NCBI GenBank assembly: GCA_012799645.1
Contig: JAAZKV010000018.1
Coordinates: forward strand, 41,519 to 105,518
Source of the DNA: Candidatus Iainarchaeum sp.
GTDB taxonomy: Archaea; Iainarchaeota; Iainarchaeia; Iainarchaeales; JAAZKV01
DNA: 64,000 bases
Direction of reading: 5' to 3'
The position numbers and the translations under genes were made by a program. The notes below the pieces were generated by a model. The model saw only the letters and a list, made by a program, of their open reading frames with translations, was not told the origin of the DNA and ran no database searches. This document shows, in pieces, positions 41,305 to 51,441 of the stretch; position 1 is the stretch's first letter, and the number at the start of each line of letters is the position of its first letter.

Positions 41305-41865
41305 TTATTTGTTTAATTGGAGTGAATAGTATGTTTCACCAAACTGGCGTTTTTTAGTGAATCCTAATTTTTCATAAATCGAGTTTCCTCCAATTGCTTG
41401 GAATTGTATTGTTTTCACTCCTGCTTTTTTCATTACATCAATTGCTTCTGCCATTATTTGTGTTGCATATCCTTTTCCTTCAAATCCTTTTCGTGTTTGT
41501 AACCACTTGCCTGTTGCGTAAAGTTTTCCTTTATGGCGGTTTAATTCAAAATTAACTCCACTTCTTACCCCGCCTTTACCCACTATTTCTACAATTAAAT
41601 TTTTTTCGAATGGTGTAAAAAAAGTTTTTTGTCTTAATCTTTCCCCATTTTGTGCAATTATTCTTCTTTCATTATAATATCTTAATTCGTTTGGATTAAC
41701 TCTTTTTGAACTAATTCCTCTTTGACTTAAAGGCCTCCCCCATTTTGCGCGTTTTTTTACTTCCACTACAAATGATGAAGCGCCCTTTAGTGATTTTCTT
41801 CTACTTTTAGTAAGAAGAGGTTTTGGTTTCCTCACAACATCCATATACCTAACAGACATAATCAT
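41305..41865 (-). CDS. GNAT-family N-acetyltransferase with long basic N-terminal extension
   Basis: Acetyl-CoA motif FEGKGYATQIM and YEKLGF. ATGA overlap with the ipk stop. Confidence 0.75.
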   Translation of the reverse strand: MIMSVRYMDVVRKPKPLLTKSRRKSLKGASSFVVEVKKRAKWGRPLSQRGISSKRVNPNELRYYNERRIIAQNGERLRQKTFFTPFEKNLIVEIVGKGGVRSGVNFELNRHKGKLYATGKWLQTRKGFEGKGYATQIMAEAIDVMKKAGVKTIQFQAIGGNSIYEKLGFTKKRQFGETYYSLQLNK

Positions 41866-42665
41866 AATTTGATTTTTGTTGAATTTAATTCTTTCCCTAA
41901 AAGTGCTTTTTTTAAATTTCCTGGAATTAGTAAATTAAATATTTGTGCTTCGTTCCCATTTAATTGTTCTGCTAGTTTTTCTAACTTTCCTTTCATTCCA
42001 CCAGTAACATCAATTGCTTTTGATTTATCCGCCATTTTTATTACCTCTTCAAGATTTTCTTTGTTTATTTCTTTTATGAGTTTTGCATTTTTTTCTATTT
42101 TTGGATCAGCAGTATATATTCCATCTACATCAGTGCCGAGAATTATTTTTTGTGGTTTCATTTGTTTTGTTATTTGTGCAATAGAAGTATCCCCACTCAT
42201 TACACTCCATTTTAGTGTTTTGTCTTTAACCATTGTTCCAGTGGTTATTGGTATTTCGCCCCTCTGCAATGCTTTTTCATAATCTTCTATTTCGTAAACA
42301 ATCACTTTTTTATTATCATGTTTGCAAACCCAATACCCTGGCAAGTGTCTTGTTTTTAGTTTTTGTTTTTCTAGAGCTTCAATTACTTTATCAGCTACAA
42401 AATCACAATCTTGAATTGTTTTTTCTACTCCTTTTTCTTGGTTTTTTGTTTTTATCCCATTATTCAAATCATATTTTTTTACATTCGTGTGTCCAAATGG
42501 CCCAACTCCACAAATTAGTATTAAATTAAATTCTTTTTCTTTTAGTGCTTGTGCAATTTCTTTTGCTGAATTGTTTAACACTTCTTCGTTCATTTCGAAT
42601 TTATTATCAGCTTTTTTTGTTATTGAAGATCCGCCAAGTTTTAGTAAAACTAGTTCTTTCATCAT
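41862..42665 (-). CDS. ipk: Isopentenyl phosphate kinase
   Basis: KLGGS, GPFGH (catalytic His), SGD, DVDG, DVTGGM. Located in the MVA cluster. Confidence 0.9.
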   Translation of the reverse strand: MMKELVLLKLGGSSITKKADNKFEMNEEVLNNSAKEIAQALKEKEFNLILICGVGPFGHTNVKKYDLNNGIKTKNQEKGVEKTIQDCDFVADKVIEALEKQKLKTRHLPGYWVCKHDNKKVIVYEIEDYEKALQRGEIPITTGTMVKDKTLKWSVMSGDTSIAQITKQMKPQKIILGTDVDGIYTADPKIEKNAKLIKEINKENLEEVIKMADKSKAIDVTGGMKGKLEKLAEQLNGNEAQIFNLLIPGNLKKALLGKELNSTKIKL

Positions 42666-42887
42666 TTCACCATCTTATTTAAAAAATAATTAATTAGCAT
42701 ATTGTCAAACTAACACATCAACCAACTAACATACCACACAACCAATACATTCACTCAACTAACACACCATCTAACCAACATATCCCCCAAATGATATATC
42801 TGACAACTTACATACTCACTTAACAATATTTTATTCACAATTTTATTAACGATTTTGTTCTCACATTATTTTTTGATGAGTGTTGTT

Positions 42888-43280
42888 TTATTCAATTATT
42901 ATTTTTGCTTTTGTTGCGCCCACTGTTATTTTTTGTCCATTTTTTATTTGACTAATATCAATTTTGTCTATGCAAGGTATTTCTGAAATTATTGCTCCTA
43001 CTGCCACTATTGTTTCGCATTCTTTATTTACTAGTGCTAATGGAGCAGTGTTTTGTTTTTTCATTCTGTAGAGTGCATAACTTCCAACTGTTGATCCTTT
43101 TCCTTGTGGAAATACAAGTATTTTGTCTTTTATTGATTGTCCTTCTAGTTCGTGTCCTTTTTCAGTAATTATTCCTGTTGCTGGATCTACTCCTCCGAAG
43201 AAACTTATTCCTTGTGTTGTTACTAGTGCTTCTCCTGATATTTTTCCGTTAGCAATTTTTCTCCCAATCATTTCTCGCAT
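42888..43280 (-). CDS. Phosphomevalonate dehydratase small subunit (AcnX swivel, DUF126)
   Basis: [17 protein letters not shown]. Adjacent to the AcnX large subunit. Confidence 0.9.
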   Translation of the reverse strand: MREMIGRKIANGKISGEALVTTQGISFFGGVDPATGIITEKGHELEGQSIKDKILVFPQGKGSTVGSYALYRMKKQNTAPLALVNKECETIVAVGAIISEIPCIDKIDISQIKNGQKITVGATKAKIIIE

Positions 43281-43444
43281 ATTTTTCACCACAATAATTT
43301 CAATATTTTTTATTTTTTTTATTTTATTATTTCATTATTTCAATTTTTTTTATTTCTTCTTGTTTATTTATTAATTTTTTGTTTAATTTTTTTCTAATTT
43401 TTTCAATTGTTTTATCACTATTTTATTTTTTTGTTTTTAAAATT

Positions 43445-44620
43445 TTATTCGCACGCTTCTTCCACTAATTTTTCTAATGGGAGTATTTTTGTTTTTGATT
43501 GATTTTTTGAATATGCATAGTAACATCCTTTTGCTGAATCTGTTGCTAAGCACTTAAATCTTCCTTTGATTGGTGCAACTACACAACAAGTGTCTGCCGC
43601 AAATTTTGCCCCTGCATTTTCTATTATTTTTGTGTAACCTGCACTGTCAGCTATTTTTTTTGTTGGTCTTGCTGTTGTTATCCAGAATTCTTTTGTGACT
43701 TTTTTTCCAGTTAATAGTTCTGCGAGTTTTGCTATTTCGTTTATGCTTGCGTGTGGACAACCAACGCTAATAAAATCAATTTCGCAATCATCCATTCTCA
43801 TTTCTTTTATTGCTTTTTCTATTTCGTTTTTTGTGATTATTATTTCTTCATTAGGGATTGGTGTTTTGTTTGGTGTTATTCCTTCCATATGAAATATTGC
43901 TGCACCGCCATAGGTCGCAATACTTGCTGAGAAAGATTTTAGTTCTTCTATTGTTGCTTTTTTTATTCCAGCAATATAAGTTGGTTTTGATTTTACTTTT
44001 TCCCCTATTACTTTTCCTAGTGCTCCGAATTCGTGTGTTCCTTTTATTTCGCATTCTACTTTTATTTTTATTTTTGCGTTTCTATTTTCGTCTAAGTGCA
44101 TTCCATATTCTGGTGTTTTTCCTGTTAGTGCGCTTGCGAGTGCACTTGGCCCTCCTTCTCGGTTTGTTTTTGCTCCCAGAACTGAATTTGCATAAGCCAC
44201 TGCACTGCTTTCACTCCACGCAATATTTTCTCCATAATGAGGATTGTTTCCTATTAAATATGGAGTGCAAGTACAGGTAGGTATTACTCCCATTTTTGTG
44301 AATGCTTCTATTACTAATTTTTGTTTTATTGCAAATTCTTCGCTTATTCCAAGAGTAGCATAATTTTCCATATCCATTCCTGCAGGGTTTAGAGTTGTTA
44401 GTACTTTTGTTTTTCCGTCTTTTGCCATTTCTGATAAAAACTCTAATCCTGCATCTCCTAAATTATCATAACTTACTCCCGCTATTTGTACGCTTGTGAC
44501 ATCTATTAGTTTTTTTGCTCCATAAATTTCTCCAAGAGCTACAAGTATTTCCATTGATTTTTTCACAGCATTTCCTTTTGCTCCATTGAGCATTTCTTTT
44601 TCTTGTTCTGTTAAATGCAT
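43445..44620 (-). CDS. Phosphomevalonate dehydratase large subunit (aconitase X, DUF521)
   Basis: TCTPY, WSESSA, NREGG, GCPH, DTCCVVAP, TDSAK. Confidence 0.9.
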   Translation of the reverse strand: MHLTEQEKEMLNGAKGNAVKKSMEILVALGEIYGAKKLIDVTSVQIAGVSYDNLGDAGLEFLSEMAKDGKTKVLTTLNPAGMDMENYATLGISEEFAIKQKLVIEAFTKMGVIPTCTCTPYLIGNNPHYGENIAWSESSAVAYANSVLGAKTNREGGPSALASALTGKTPEYGMHLDENRNAKIKIKVECEIKGTHEFGALGKVIGEKVKSKPTYIAGIKKATIEELKSFSASIATYGGAAIFHMEGITPNKTPIPNEEIIITKNEIEKAIKEMRMDDCEIDFISVGCPHASINEIAKLAELLTGKKVTKEFWITTARPTKKIADSAGYTKIIENAGAKFAADTCCVVAPIKGRFKCLATDSAKGCYYAYSKNQSKTKILPLEKLVEEACE

Positions 44621-44649
44621 TTTTTCACCAACTTTATTTTTTATGGTTT

Positions 44650-45924
44650 TTATAAATATTCTTTTATGTTGTGTTTTGGGAATTCTGTTCGTGTCATTTT
44701 TTCTATTTTGTCTAGTTCCATTGTTAAATCAAACCCTGCTTTTGTTGTTTCTCTTGTTATTTGATTTGCACTCGGATCTAGTGATGATCCTTTTTGATTT
44801 TGGAATATGTAGAAATCTTTGTTTGCTTGAAATCGTGTGGCCATTGCCCATTCCACTTCTAGTGGATCGTAAATGTTTATGTCTTTGTCTACTATGAAGA
44901 AGTGTTTTCCGCTTGTATGTCCTTTCATTGCTGCCTCTATTGCTTTTTTTCCATCATCTTCATTTTTTTTATTTATTTTTACTATTACATGGAACCAACT
45001 TGATCCGCCCGGATTTACGCTCACATCAATTACATCCACGCCTGCTTTTTTTACGCAATCAAACACTGTTGGTTCTCTTGGCATTCCCATCAATATTTTG
45101 TGTTCAAATCCCCCTGGTAATAGTGCGTGATAAATGTAGTTTGGTCTTGCATAAATTTTTTCTACTGTGAATATTGGTTCTTGTCTTATAATATCATTTG
45201 TTCCTGTTAGATCCACGAATGGTCCTTCGGAATGTTTTTCGTTTAGTGATAGTGTTCCTTCCATTATTATTTCTGCATCCGCTGGTAATTCTGCTTCGAA
45301 TGTTTTTGCTTTTATTACATTGATTGGTTTTATTGAGTTCGCAATTTCTAGTTCGTTTACTCCTAGTGGTGGTGCCATCGCGGCAGCCAGTGCTGTTTCC
45401 CCACCTATTCCAATACAATATGCTGCTTTTAGTTCTCCGTTATTTTTTTTCAATAACTCCATTGTGTTTCTTTCAAGTATTCTTAAAGCGATTTTGTTTT
45501 TTCCAATTATCATTCCTCGGTGATAGCAAACATTTTGTCCAACACTTGGATCTTTTACTATTATTATTCCGCTTGATATGTATGGCCCCCCATCTTGTTT
45601 TGTGTGTGTTAGTATTGGTAGTTTTTCTAAATCAAGTCCTAGTTCTTCGTGATCTGTTTTTGGGATTAGTGTTGGTTTTGTTGGTGAATTTAAAGCATTG
45701 GTCATTATTGGGACAAGGTCTTTTACTTCACAACTCAAGTATTTTGCTACTTTTTCTTTTGATGCGAATACATTTGCAGCAATTTTGTTTTTTGTTTCTT
45801 TTATATTTTCAAACATTATACTTTTGTCGCTTGCAGAATAAATTATTCCACTCACTTCTAAGTTTTTTGAAACTGGTTTTGTAATCACAAAATCTGTTTT
45901 TGTTACAAAATCCCTAAAACTCAT
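44650..45924 (-). CDS. ubiD: UbiD-family anhydromevalonate phosphate decarboxylase
   Basis: DGGPYI, EGPFVD, EHKILMG, WAMATR, GSSLDPS. MVA context. Confidence 0.88.
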   Translation of the reverse strand: MSFRDFVTKTDFVITKPVSKNLEVSGIIYSASDKSIMFENIKETKNKIAANVFASKEKVAKYLSCEVKDLVPIMTNALNSPTKPTLIPKTDHEELGLDLEKLPILTHTKQDGGPYISSGIIIVKDPSVGQNVCYHRGMIIGKNKIALRILERNTMELLKKNNGELKAAYCIGIGGETALAAAMAPPLGVNELEIANSIKPINVIKAKTFEAELPADAEIIMEGTLSLNEKHSEGPFVDLTGTNDIIRQEPIFTVEKIYARPNYIYHALLPGGFEHKILMGMPREPTVFDCVKKAGVDVIDVSVNPGGSSWFHVIVKINKKNEDDGKKAIEAAMKGHTSGKHFFIVDKDINIYDPLEVEWAMATRFQANKDFYIFQNQKGSSLDPSANQITRETTKAGFDLTMELDKIEKMTRTEFPKHNIKEYL

Positions 45925-46110
45925 AAAATCACCATTTTGTTTTTTTTTAAATTTAAATATTTTTTCTCATAATTTTTTATTTTAATTTTTTTATTTTATT
46001 TTTAAACAATTTATTTTTTTTATTTTGTTTGATTTTATTTTTAATTATTTTTATTTTGTTTTTTTAATTTATTTTTTATTTTCTATTTTCCTTTTTGTTT
46101 TTTATTTTTC

Positions 46111-46689
46111 CTATTGTTTTCTTTTGTGTTTTTTTTTATTTCCCCATCTAACAAATTTTGTATTAGGAACCCCTAATAAGTCTAACGCTTTTCCTATAAT
46201 GAAATTTTCCATGTCCAATATTTTTTTTGGTTTGTGGTAAAATGCTGGGCTTAGAGGAAATATTATTGCTCCATAGAGTGATAGTTTCCATAAATTTTCT
46301 AGTGTTGGTCCACTCAAAGGGGTTTCTCTCATTCCAATCACTAGTGGTTTTTTTGTTTTTAACATATTATCTGCGCAACGAGTAGTTAGGGTTGATGTGT
46401 GTGCGTGTAGTATTTCTGATATTGTTTTTATTGTTGATGGGATTATTATCATTCCGTCCACTAAAAATGAGCTTGAAGAGATGGTTGCGGCGAGATCTGT
46501 GTTTGAATAGTTTTTTGTTGCGAGTTTTTTTATTTCGCGAACAGGTATTTTTGTTTCTTCTTTTATTACTTCGTTTGCCCATTCACTAATAATTAGGTGT
46601 GTTTCTATTTTTTGTTTTTTTAGTTCTTTTAATAATGAAATTGCGTAATTTGCTCCACTAGCACCTGTAATTGCGACAATTATTTTCAT
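46111..46689 (-). CDS. ubiX: Flavin prenyltransferase UbiX
   Basis: ITGASG, RETPL, PAFYHKP. Confidence 0.93.
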   Translation of the reverse strand: MKIIVAITGASGANYAISLLKELKKQKIETHLIISEWANEVIKEETKIPVREIKKLATKNYSNTDLAATISSSSFLVDGMIIIPSTIKTISEILHAHTSTLTTRCADNMLKTKKPLVIGMRETPLSGPTLENLWKLSLYGAIIFPLSPAFYHKPKKILDMENFIIGKALDLLGVPNTKFVRWGNKKKHKRKQ

Positions 46690-46699
46690 AAAAATAATT

Positions 46700-47644
46700 T
46701 TAACTTATTTTTATTTTTATCGAGTTGTAGTTTTTTGTTGCGTACATTTCCATTAATTTGTTTTGTTGTGCTTCATTGTAGCATAGTATTAGTACGTTTC
46801 CGCCCATTCCTGCCCCTGTTATTTTTGCTCCGCGTGCATTTTCAAAAGTAGCGATTTTTATTATTTCATCAATTTCTTTTGTTGAAATGTTTAGTTCTTT
46901 TAGTAGTGCGTGGTTTTGGTTCATTAATTTTCCTATTTCTTCTACTCCACCATATTGGATTTCTTTTTTTGCTTTTGATACAATGTTTTTGTATTCTGAA
47001 AATAATTTATTGTATTTTTTTGGTTCTTTTTCTTTATTTTCTCTAACCATTGTTACTGCTTTTTTTGTGTCGTGTTTTATTCCTGTATCCACTAATAAGC
47101 ATAAGAGTGATTTTCCGCATTTGAATGGTCTGATTGTGTTTTCTCCACCTTTCATATTTTTTTCAAACCATATTACTGTTCCGTAAGTTGCGCAAGAGTT
47201 ATCTATTCCGCTTGGTGTTCCGTGTGTTATTTTTTCTGCTTTGTATGCTGCTTCGTTGATTTGGTTTTGTTTCCACCCTAATTCAAATATTTGATTTAGT
47301 GCTCCGGCCATTGCTACTGCGAGTGCTGCGGAGTATCCTAGTCCTCCTCCTGCTGGGAGATTTGCATTAATAATTATTTTTAGTCCTTCTAGTGTTACGA
47401 ATTCTTCTCCTTCAATTATTGCTTTTAGCATTTTTGATTTTATGTGTTCTGGTTGTTCTTTTAGCGTGAATTTTTCTTTGAAAACTTTATCATCAAAAAT
47501 TATGTCTTTTGTGTCTTTTAGTTCTTGAATTTCTACTTCAACATATTTATCTATTCCTGATGCTATTCCTGGTAATCCATATACAACAAAGTGTTCTCCG
47601 AATAGTATTACTTTTCCATATCCTTTTGCTTTTACACTCACCAT
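46700..47644 (-). CDS. mvk: Mevalonate kinase
   Basis: GKVILFGEHFVVYG, PAGGGLGYSAA, HGTPSGID, KITGAGMGG. Confidence 0.93.
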   Translation of the reverse strand: MVSVKAKGYGKVILFGEHFVVYGLPGIASGIDKYVEVEIQELKDTKDIIFDDKVFKEKFTLKEQPEHIKSKMLKAIIEGEEFVTLEGLKIIINANLPAGGGLGYSAALAVAMAGALNQIFELGWKQNQINEAAYKAEKITHGTPSGIDNSCATYGTVIWFEKNMKGGENTIRPFKCGKSLLCLLVDTGIKHDTKKAVTMVRENKEKEPKKYNKLFSEYKNIVSKAKKEIQYGGVEEIGKLMNQNHALLKELNISTKEIDEIIKIATFENARGAKITGAGMGGNVLILCYNEAQQNKLMEMYATKNYNSIKIKIS

Positions 47645-47854
47645 AATTAGTACCTTCTATTTTGCACTATTTTGTGCTATTAGTGTTGTTATTGTTAGTA
47701 TTATTATTTAATTTAAAAATGTTTAAAAAAGTGACTTTGGAAAAAATAAACAAAAAAATTATTATTGGTAATATTTGGGATTAGTACTTGGAATTAACAT
47801 TTGGAATTAACATTTAGAATTTGGAGGAGAGTGTTTGAGTGTTTTGGAGCGTGT

Positions 47855-48253
47855 TTATAGTTTTGGAATGAATTTTGTTCCATAATGGATTATTCCTTTT
47901 TCTCCACTTTTGTAGAATTTTCTAAAAACTGCTTCCACTTCTGTTCCTATTTTTAGATCTTCGTATTTGCAATCAACTATTTGGGCGGTTATTTTTGCTC
48001 CTTCTTTTAGTTCAATTATTCCTACACAATATGGAGCCATTTCTGAAAATGATTCTGGGCCGGAGTGTATTTGAGTGAATGAAATTATTTTTCCTTCACC
48101 TGAAAAATCCATTTCGGAGAATTCTAGGTTTCCACAAATACACATTCCTTTTTTTTCAAAATAAGTTGTCCCACATTTTGTGCATTTGTGTCCGTGTAGT
48201 TTGTATCTGTCTCCGTAACTTCTCCATCTTATTATTGGGCTTTTTCTAAACAT
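47855..48253 (-). CDS. DUF35 Zn-ribbon/OB-fold scaffold of the thiolase-HMGS complex
   Basis: CTKCG...CICG, OB fold, IHYGTKF. Confidence 0.9.
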   Translation of the reverse strand: MFRKSPIIRWRSYGDRYKLHGHKCTKCGTTYFEKKGMCICGNLEFSEMDFSGEGKIISFTQIHSGPESFSEMAPYCVGIIELKEGAKITAQIVDCKYEDLKIGTEVEAVFRKFYKSGEKGIIHYGTKFIPKL

Positions 48254-48407
48254 TTCATCACTCCAAATAATTTTTTAAACAATTTTTTAAAATCATTTTT
48301 TACGCCAAATACTTTACTCTTTTTTATTTTTTTATTTTATTTTTTATTTTTATTTTTTTTATTATTTTTTTTTATTGTTCTCCTTTAATTTTTTGTTGTT
48401 TTGTTTT

Positions 48408-48614
48408 TTAGTATTTCTTTTTGTATTCTCCTCTTTTTATTAATGGTTCTTCTTGTGCTTTTTGTTCTCTCCATTTTCTTGCTCGCAAATATAGTGGTTC
48501 GTTTTCTTCTTGTATTTCTTTTTCTTCTCGTGTTCTTCCCACTCTTATTACTTGTTCTTCTTCTTGTTTTGGTTTAAACATTGATTTTATTTTGTCTATT
48601 ATTCCCATACCCAT
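48408..48614 (-). CDS. Small hypothetical protein with amphipathic N-terminus
   Basis: 68 aa, strong SD GGGGAGG, N-terminus MGIIDKIKSMFK. Confidence 0.6.
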   Translation of the reverse strand: MGMGIIDKIKSMFKPKQEEEQVIRVGRTREEKEIQEENEPLYLRARKWREQKAQEEPLIKRGEYKKKY

Positions 48615-48660
48615 CCTCCCCCCTTTATAAAAAATTTTTATAAAATTTTTTTTATAAAAA

Positions 48661-49815
48661 TCACTTCATTCTTTTGAATACGTGTATTACTGCGGTTGCT
48701 CCGCTTCCCCCCACATTGTGTGTTACTCCTATTGTTGCGTTTTTTACTTGTCTTTCTTTTGCTTCTCCTCTTAGTTGCATTGTTGCTTCTATTGCTTGTT
48801 TTACTCCTGTTGCTCCTACTGGGTGTCCGCACGCTTTTAGTCCTCCTGATGTGTTTATTGGTGTTTTTGCATCAAAGTAGGTTTGTTTTTCTTTGTATAG
48901 TTTTCCTGCTTCTCCTTGTTTTGCTAGTCCTAGTGCTTCTACTGCGTATATTTCTGCTATTGAGAAACAATCGTGTACTTCTGCGAAATTTATTTCTTTT
49001 GGAGTTATTTTTGCTTGTTTGTAAGCGTTTTGTGCCGCCATTTTTCCTGCACTTATTTCTAGTAATGATTTTCTTCTTGCGAGTGAGAGTGTGTCTGTTG
49101 CGAGTGCTGATCCTGTGATGTATACTTCGGTGTTCATTTTTTTTGCAATACTTTCGTTTGCTATTATTATTGTTGCTGCCCCATCTGTTATTGGTGAGCA
49201 ATCCATTAGTGTTAGTGGATCGGCTACCATTGTTGAGTTTATTACATCATCTATTGTTAGTTCGTTTTTGAATTGTGAGTAAGTGTTTCTTGCTCCATGG
49301 TAGTGGTTTTTTACTGATACTTCTGCAAGCACTTCTCTTGTTAAATCGTATTTGTCCATGTATGCGTTTGCTAGTAGGGCGTAAAGTCCAGGGAATGTTA
49401 GTCCGTTGAATCCTTCTAGTTCTTCATCTCCTGCCCCCATTAGTGCGGTTGTTACTTGGTCTGTGGAAACATCAGTCATTTTTTCTACTCCATTAACCAT
49501 CACTATGTTTGCTGCTCCGCTTTCTATTGCTGCTATTCCTTGTCTTAGCGCAATACTTCCACTTGCACACGCCCCCTCTACTCTTATTGATGGTTTGTCT
49601 AAATTCAAATTTTCGCTCGCCATTGCTCCTATGTGTAGTTGTCCTGATAATGAATCTCCGCACATATTTCCAGTGAAGATTGAATCAATTTGTTCAGGGG
49701 TTAATTTTGCATCATTTAGTGCTCTTAATTGTGAATCGAGTAATAATTCTCTTATTCCTCTATCCCAAATTTCACCAAACTTGGTAATCCCAATTCCTAA
49801 AACCCCAATCTTCAT
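48661..49815 (-). CDS. Acetoacetyl-CoA thiolase (archaeal type)
   Basis: EGACASG, EKMTD, AEVHDCF, GHPVGATG, HNVGG. Confidence 0.93.
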   Translation of the reverse strand: MKIGVLGIGITKFGEIWDRGIRELLLDSQLRALNDAKLTPEQIDSIFTGNMCGDSLSGQLHIGAMASENLNLDKPSIRVEGACASGSIALRQGIAAIESGAANIVMVNGVEKMTDVSTDQVTTALMGAGDEELEGFNGLTFPGLYALLANAYMDKYDLTREVLAEVSVKNHYHGARNTYSQFKNELTIDDVINSTMVADPLTLMDCSPITDGAATIIIANESIAKKMNTEVYITGSALATDTLSLARRKSLLEISAGKMAAQNAYKQAKITPKEINFAEVHDCFSIAEIYAVEALGLAKQGEAGKLYKEKQTYFDAKTPINTSGGLKACGHPVGATGVKQAIEATMQLRGEAKERQVKNATIGVTHNVGGSGATAVIHVFKRMK

Positions 49816-49828
49816 TTTTTAATCACCT

Positions 49829-50869
49829 TTAATGTATTTGCTCCATGTGTGCTTCGTATTCTGGGTAAGTTAAGTATTCTTTTCTTTTTACATAATCTTC
49901 TGTTGTTTTTACTTTTGCTTTTTGTGCAGCGATTATTTTTTCTGTTGCAGTGAATATGAATGCATCTGATCCACTTCCTGATCCGTATGAAGTCACTAGT
50001 ATTTTGTCCCCTGGTTTTGCAATATCAAGCACGCAAGTTAGTCCTAATATTGATGATCCTGAATAAGTGTTCCCTATTTTTTTTACTATTAGTCCTGGTT
50101 CTATTTGTTCTTTTGTCACTCCAAATATTTTTGCTACTCTTAGTGGAAATTTTCCGTTCGGCATGTGAAACACTACATATTTGAAGTCACTGATTTTTGT
50201 GTTTGTTTTTTCTAAAATATTTTTTGTCGCCCCCACTACGTGTTTGAAGTATGCTGGTTCTCCTGTGAATCTTCCTGCGTGTGCTGGGTATGATTGTAAT
50301 GCTCTTCTCCAAAAATCAGGAGTGTCACTTGTAAATGAAAGTGTTGCATCAAGTGTTGCAACTGCTTCTTCGTTTGGCCCCATTAAAAATGCTGCTCCTC
50401 CTGCTGATGCGGAGTATTCTAGTGCATTTCCTGGTTCTGCTTGTGAAGTATCGGCCCCTATGCTTAACCCGTATTTTATCATTTTTGAGTCAACTAGTCC
50501 TGCGTTTATTTGAATTGTTCCACTTCCTGCTTTGCAAGCAAATTGTGTATCAAGTGCAGTGTAGTTGTTTCCAATATCTAGTGCTTCACCCACAATTGAT
50601 ACGGTTGGTTTTACTGCATAAGGGTGACTTTCACTTCCTACATAAATTGCCCCGATTTCTTTTCTATTAATGTTTGTTCTAAGAAGTGCGTTTCTTGCAG
50701 CGCTCACTGATATTGTTGCTGTGTCTTCGTCTTTTCCCGGAACAGATTTTTCCACCAACCCTAACCCGTTTTTTATTGAGTTAGGATTAGCATGTTGTAC
50801 TTTCGCTATTTCCTCAACAGTGATCCTGTATTTAGGAATGTACGCACCCCAACTAACTATTCCAGCCAT
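49829..50869 (-). CDS. mvaS: HMG-CoA synthase (archaeal)
   Basis: GSESHPYAVKP, FACKAG, DTPDFWRR, GNTYSG, SYGSG. Confidence 0.95.
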   Translation of the reverse strand: MAGIVSWGAYIPKYRITVEEIAKVQHANPNSIKNGLGLVEKSVPGKDEDTATISVSAARNALLRTNINRKEIGAIYVGSESHPYAVKPTVSIVGEALDIGNNYTALDTQFACKAGSGTIQINAGLVDSKMIKYGLSIGADTSQAEPGNALEYSASAGGAAFLMGPNEEAVATLDATLSFTSDTPDFWRRALQSYPAHAGRFTGEPAYFKHVVGATKNILEKTNTKISDFKYVVFHMPNGKFPLRVAKIFGVTKEQIEPGLIVKKIGNTYSGSSILGLTCVLDIAKPGDKILVTSYGSGSGSDAFIFTATEKIIAAQKAKVKTTEDYVKRKEYLTYPEYEAHMEQIH

Positions 50870-51017
50870 TTTATCACTTTAATTTTTATTAATTTAATTT
50901 TTATAACTCACTTTACTAATTTACTTTCAATTTATTTTTTGTTGTTTCACAAAATTTTTAATTCAATAATTTTATTAATTTTCAATGCTTATAAAAATAT
51001 AACTAAATTTTTAAAAA

Positions 51018-51314
51018 TCAAAATTCGCACCACATTCGTACTAATTCTTTTGCTTTTGCCGGATTTTTTTTGTACACTTTTACAAAGTCCGCTAAATAAT
51101 GTTTATCAAATCTTTTTCTAACAAATTTGGATAATCTAACATATTCTGCGTTTGGTGCGCCACTTAATTTAGTTGCTTTTGCAACTTTTTTTCGAGCTGC
51201 TTTTTGTGCAATTTTTCTTTGAATTTTGCTTTTTTGTGCAGCACTAATCCGTGCTGTTTGTGCTCCCTTTGTGTTGCGACAAACTGGTTTTCTTCTTCCA
51301 ACATATCGAGACAT
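51018..51314 (-). CDS. Small K/R/A-rich basic protein (98 aa)
   Basis: Starts MSRYVGRRKP after SD GGTGA. Confidence 0.65.
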   Translation of the reverse strand: MSRYVGRRKPVCRNTKGAQTARISAAQKSKIQRKIAQKAARKKVAKATKLSGAPNAEYVRLSKFVRKRFDKHYLADFVKVYKKNPAKAKELVRMWCEF

Positions 51315-51346
51315 TTTTTTCACCAAAAATTATTTTTAATATTTTT

Positions 51347-51430
51347 TTCAAAGTGTTCAATTGAGTTGCAATTTTTGCAATGGTTCGTATTGCTTTTCTG
51401 CAACCCTCTCTTGAACCTCTTTTTTTTGAA
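51347..51430 (-). other. Long interrupted stem-loop between the two basic-protein genes
   Basis: Nested pairs GTTCAA/TTGAAC, GGGTTGCA/TGCAACTC, GCAAT/ATTGC, outer TTCAAA/TTTGAA. Confidence 0.55.
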
Positions 51431-51441
51431 CTTTACTTTTT

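Noticed and set aside
42888-46689. TCA aconitase and ubiquinone biosynthesis (ubiD/ubiX)
   Set aside because: AcnX-type motifs and the position between mvk and ipk fit the archaeal MVA pathway instead.
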